Shown here: positions 60,147 through 64,000 of the stretch, piece after piece
Layout: each line of letters opens with the position of its first letter
How positions within the stretch are numbered: position 1 is the first letter of the stretch
Notes under the pieces: model-generated
What the model was told of the DNA's origin: nothing
Database searches by the model: none
Seen by the model: the letters and a program-made list of their open reading frames with translations, nothing else
Assembly: GCA_963663765.2 (NCBI GenBank)
Contig: CAXXUA010000015.1
Coordinates: 1-64,000 of the forward strand
From: Candidatus Poribacteria bacterium
GTDB taxonomy: Bacteria; Poribacteria; WGA-4E; WGA-3G
DNA: 64,000 bases
Direction: 5' to 3'
Position numbers and translations under genes: made by a program

Positions 60147-60358
60147 TTTTTCTCCTTACTATGTGGGTGTTGATTTGGTTTTTTATTGCGCATCCGCATT
60201 GTGATTTTAACGACTCCTCGTATCATAATTGCAGTACCGAATGTAAGAAATAGTGTTAGACCCCAATTCCAAGAGAAGAAAAAATATGCAATAAAACAGA
60301 CAAGCATTGCAGATATGAGGATATTCAATAATGTTCTGTTTTCGTACCATGTGTTCAT
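60143..60358 (-). CDS. Small two-TM membrane protein
   Basis: Two hydrophobic segments; stop overlaps the next start (ATGA). Confidence 0.55.
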   Translation of the reverse strand: MNTWYENRTLLNILISAMLVCFIAYFFFSWNWGLTLFLTFGTAIMIRGVVKITMRMRNKKPNQHPHSKEKK

Positions 60359-61437
60359 TGTAATCTGAAGAATAGTGCGGGTTTCCGTCAGAATAGAAAT
60401 GGGTATAAAGATATAGAAAGTTTGGAAGTCTTGTAATGGAAAACAACATTTTATACAATGAAATGATAGCATATTTTGCTAATGGATTTCAAGTTATTTA
60501 TTGTCTGATTGGTGTGAAAATCCTTGTTCAGACACATGCCAAAAAACTTTTTAAGTTTTAACATGTGTCTGCCTATTTTTTTATCCTCTGCTGTTCACTT
60601 ACGGACGTGAGGGGTTGTATTTTTGGGTTTCTGCTACCAGAACGCCCCTGCTCCCTGCCCCTTGTGTGTGATGCGAAGCAAACACGATATACCGATAGGT
60701 TTGGATGAAAAACCATCAGAACACTGGACATCCGGTCAATATATGTGATATACTCCATTTAGACCGTCAGATAGGACACGAATACTCTTTGTTTGTGTCA
60801 TATCCAGAATCAAAAACATTTAACGGAGTAAGAATAATGAAATATTTTCAATGTTTTTCTGTAGTTGTCTTTATTGGCTGTACAATTTTTTTCATGGGTT
60901 GTGGGAAGGAAAGTCTTCCTATAGAAATAGAAACCGTTTTGACTGATGAAGAAACATCAGTAGAATTTCCTGATGTCAATTTAGCTCATGAAGTATGTAA
61001 GGCACTAAACTTACCTAAAGGTGCTGCTATTCCTAAATCAAAATTAGCAACATTAAAATCTTTAAGAATATACAGACAGAACGAGTCAACAGTGATAGAA
61101 AAGATATACGACCTAACAGGTATAGAACATGCAACCCAACTACACCGTTTAGACTTATGTGGTGTTGACATCAGTGACATCAGTCTACTTTCACACCTGA
61201 CACATCTGAAAGAACTAAATCTCTGGGGTAATGACATCAGAGACATCCGTCCACTTTCACACCTGACACGCCTGACAGCATTAGCATTAGACTACAATGA
61301 CATCAGTGACATCCGTCCACTTTCACACCTGGCACGCCTGAAAAAATTAGAATTAGACAACAATAGAATCAGTGATATTAGTCCACTCGCGGAATTAACA
61401 GAACTTAAAGAACTATTTCTCAGGAATAATAAAATTA

Positions 61438-62314
61438 GAGCGTATCTCATAAATATTTTAGTGACATACGTATGCAAGCAAGAAGTACAAAACCTAAATA
61501 ATTTTCAGCGTAGTATTCCCAACGAACAACTAAACGCCGATAATCCTCTAACCAACTGAAAAATCTTTCTACTTTGAAACGACGCTTATACCGTCGTAAA
61601 CGCCGACCATCCTGTGTAGCCTGTTTTTTACGATTCTTTTTATGAGGTGCTACCATTTCAATACCACGTTCCCTCAAAGAAGCATCTAAAGGATCAGAGT
61701 CATAAGCTTTGTCCCCAATCAACACTGCGGGGTTTTCGGATGTCCAACACGCATCCAATGCCGGTTCAACCAAGCGCACTTCATGACAAGAAGCCTTTGT
61801 AATCAGAACACTCACAGGTCTACCAGACTTTTCTGTAATCGCTACCAGTTTTGTCCCTTTGCCGCACTTCGTTGGACCAACACAAATGCCTCCTTTCTTG
61901 GCAGGAACGAATTTCGCATCAATACAACACTCACTCATATTTATTTTTTTTCGTTTTTCAAGCATTTCTGTGAGTACCATTTGAACTTTTTCAAGCGTTC
62001 CATCCGATGACCATTGCTGAAAACGACGATGACAGGTTTGATAGGGTGGATACTTTTCTGGTAAATCCCGCCAGGGAGCTCCTGTTCGCAACACCCACAG
62101 TATCCCATCTAACACTTCTCTATTACCACGCCAAGGTCTCCCCGGTTTATCCGATGGTGGTTCTGGCATTAGGGGTTCAATAATTTCCCATTCCTTATCA
62201 CTAAGTTCCATTCAAATCATCCCCTTACTTATAGTAGAAATAGATATAGTTTAGCAGAGATGATGAGAAATTAAAAGAAAAAATCAAACCATTTAATATT
62301 TATGAGATACGCTC
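61438..62314 (-). mobile_element. IS5-family (IS427-like) insertion sequence, 877 bp
   Basis: Perfect 20-bp TIRs GAGCGTATCTCATAAATATT / AATATTTATGAGATACGCTC; TA target duplication. Confidence 0.93.
61447..62211 (-). CDS. IS5 family transposase
   Basis: LSDxEW, GILWVLRTGAPWRDLP..Y, IDA, GDKAYDS, VERFFSWL..YRRL..RWE. Confidence 0.93.
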   Translation of the reverse strand: MELSDKEWEIIEPLMPEPPSDKPGRPWRGNREVLDGILWVLRTGAPWRDLPEKYPPYQTCHRRFQQWSSDGTLEKVQMVLTEMLEKRKKINMSECCIDAKFVPAKKGGICVGPTKCGKGTKLVAITEKSGRPVSVLITKASCHEVRLVEPALDACWTSENPAVLIGDKAYDSDPLDASLRERGIEMVAPHKKNRKKQATQDGRRLRRYKRRFKVERFFSWLEDYRRLVVRWEYYAENYLGFVLLACIRMSLKYL

Positions 62315-63375
62315 TAGTGACATCAGTTCGCTTTCAGAACTGATGCACCTGACAACATTAGCATTAGACAACAATGAAATTAGCGATATTAGTCCGCTTG
62401 CGGAATTATCACAACTTAGAGAACTATATCTCACGGATAATAGAATTAGTGACATCAGTTCGCTTTCAAAACTGACGCACCTGATAGAATTAACATTAGA
62501 CAACAATAGAATCAGTGATATTAGTCCGCTTGCGGAATTAACAGAACTTAGAGAACTATATCTCTGGGGTAATGACATCAGTGACATTCGTCCGCTTTCA
62601 GAACTGACAAACCTTAGATTTTTATATCTCACGGATAGTGAAATTAGTGACATCAGTTCGCTTTCAGAACTGACGCACCTGATAGAATTAGCATTAGGCA
62701 ACAATAATATCAGTGATATTAGTCCGCTTGCGGAATTAACAGAACTTAGAGAACTATATCTCTGGGGTAATGAAATCAGTGACATCCGTCCGCTTTCAGA
62801 ACTGACACACCTTAGTTATTTATATCTCACGGATAATAAAATTAGTGACATCAGTTCGCTTTCAGAACTGACGCACCTGATAGAATTACCATTAGACAAC
62901 AATGACATCAGTGATATTAGTCCGCTTGCGGAGTTATCACAACTTAGAGAACTAGGTCTCAGGGATAATAAAATTAGTGACATCAGTTCGCTTTCAAAAC
63001 TGACGCACCTGAGAAGTTTAAATCTCGGTGGGAATCAAATCAATGACATCAGTTCACTTACAGTCTTCACACAACTTAAAAACCTATTTCTCTGGGGTAA
63101 TAAAATCAATGACATCAATTCACTATCAGACTTGACACAGTTGACATTTTTGTCTATTGGGGATAATGACATTAGTGATATTAGTCCAATAACAGGATTG
63201 GTAAATCTTAGGTTTTTAACTCTTAAAGGAAATCCAATAACTGATAAGACACCACTCAACACACTACTTGAGAAAAATCCAGATGTAGATATTGATATTA
63301 ATGATTAACACCTTATCAGATATATAAAAAAGTTCACTCACGTTAACTCAGAATCAAATGTATTATAGTCAGGAA

Positions 63376-63990
63376 CAGGGTTATTCAGTTTTAGGTATTT
63401 TTGATGAGTGTTTACTATAACGTTAACATTATGTATTGCCATCTTGTACATGTCTTTAGTGGTTCTTTCGGCAATTAATTTTAGCATAAAATAAAATTTC
63501 AATGCTGAAGAACTCAGTAGTCATCTGTTTAAGTAGTAGATCGTCAATGGAAACATATCAGGACTTACGCACCCAACGGTAGGCGTGCTTTGTAAGCGCG
63601 CCGGAAACCTAAAAAATGCTGAAAATTATATCGTTTTCGTCTTAATTCTTGATTGGATCATGAAAACTGCGTAAGTCCTGCATATAATAAATACTTAGCA
63701 AGAAAACCATTTAGTCCCGTAGGGACGATATGTTTATAGAAAAATGTTATCTACCCCTCTTGAGTTCCGTAGGAACGGCATAGAAGAATAAACATATCGT
63801 CCCTACGGGACTAAAGAACTGGGAAGGGTACTCGTTATCTATAAACATATCGTCCCTACAGGACTAAAGACCGATGTTCATGTTTCAATAATCTAAAATT
63901 GATGTGTAAGGTGCAGTTAGGAGACCTCATTTGGGTATTAACTATCAGTCCATCTCAATTACAGAAAACTTTTAAAACTAAATAACCCTG
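63376..63990. mobile_element. MITE family A (inverted relative to 394-707) containing a family B MITE and a REP cluster
   Basis: TIRs CAGGGTTATTCAGTTTTAGG / TTTAAAACTAAATAACCCTG; flanks AGTCAGGAA / AGTCAGGAC. Confidence 0.82.
63559..63680. mobile_element. MITE family B, uninterrupted 122-bp reference copy
   Basis: Perfect 13-bp TIRs; 5-bp direct repeat CATAT; internal GTAG-GCGTGCTT-TGT-AAGCGCGC hairpin. Confidence 0.85.
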
Positions 63991-64000
63991 AGTCAGGACT

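Larger units (their letters stand above)
60837..63308 (+). pseudogene. LRR (internalin-like) lipoprotein gene interrupted by an IS5-family element
   Basis: Lipobox FFMGC; 22-aa LRRs (ISDISPLAELTELRELYL) on both sides; removing 61438-62316 restores one 530-aa ORF. Confidence 0.9.

Noticed and set aside
60573-60836. Upstream extension of the LRR ORF (60705) and an ORF at 60573-60758
   Set aside because: The signal peptide/lipobox and a GGAG RBS point to ATG 60837; the upstream sequence shows no coding features
63994-64000. Start of another family B MITE (CAGGACT) at the window end
   Set aside because: Overlaps the 9-bp target duplication of the family A element and cannot be resolved at the edge

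Overview
Bacterial chromosomal window of moderately low GC, most likely Candidatus Poribacteria. That assignment is inferred from secreted proteins ending in a 'PVxPxxKLxTTWGxLK' tail, a LamG protein and an LRR lipoprotein. Housekeeping and metabolic genes: partial murJ, thiD, nadA, argE-like, DegT aminotransferase, RqcH/NFACT, CBS-CBS-korAB, sulfatase, ABC permeases, wza/wzc, KdgK-like kinase, enolase-superfamily enzyme, MFS transporter and a Mo-oxidoreductase. Surface and secretion genes: a 4310-aa Ig-repeat protein with 11 near-identical 112-aa modules and a T9SS-like C-terminal domain, directly followed by a PorV-like barrel, plus a second PorV-like gene. Two IS elements: a TnpA-less TnpB element whose empty site can be reconstructed, and an IS5-family element splitting an LRR lipoprotein gene. 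The intergenic DNA is largely a nested set of miniature elements: MITEs with 9-bp and 5-6-bp target duplications, GTAG-type REP hairpins, and a ~36-bp mini-element that inserts into the others. It also holds a 15 x 124-bp head-to-tail array of a REP-carrying element whose junctions each create an extended -10 promoter motif. No rRNA, tRNA, CRISPR array or prophage was seen. All calls were made by eye, without database searches.
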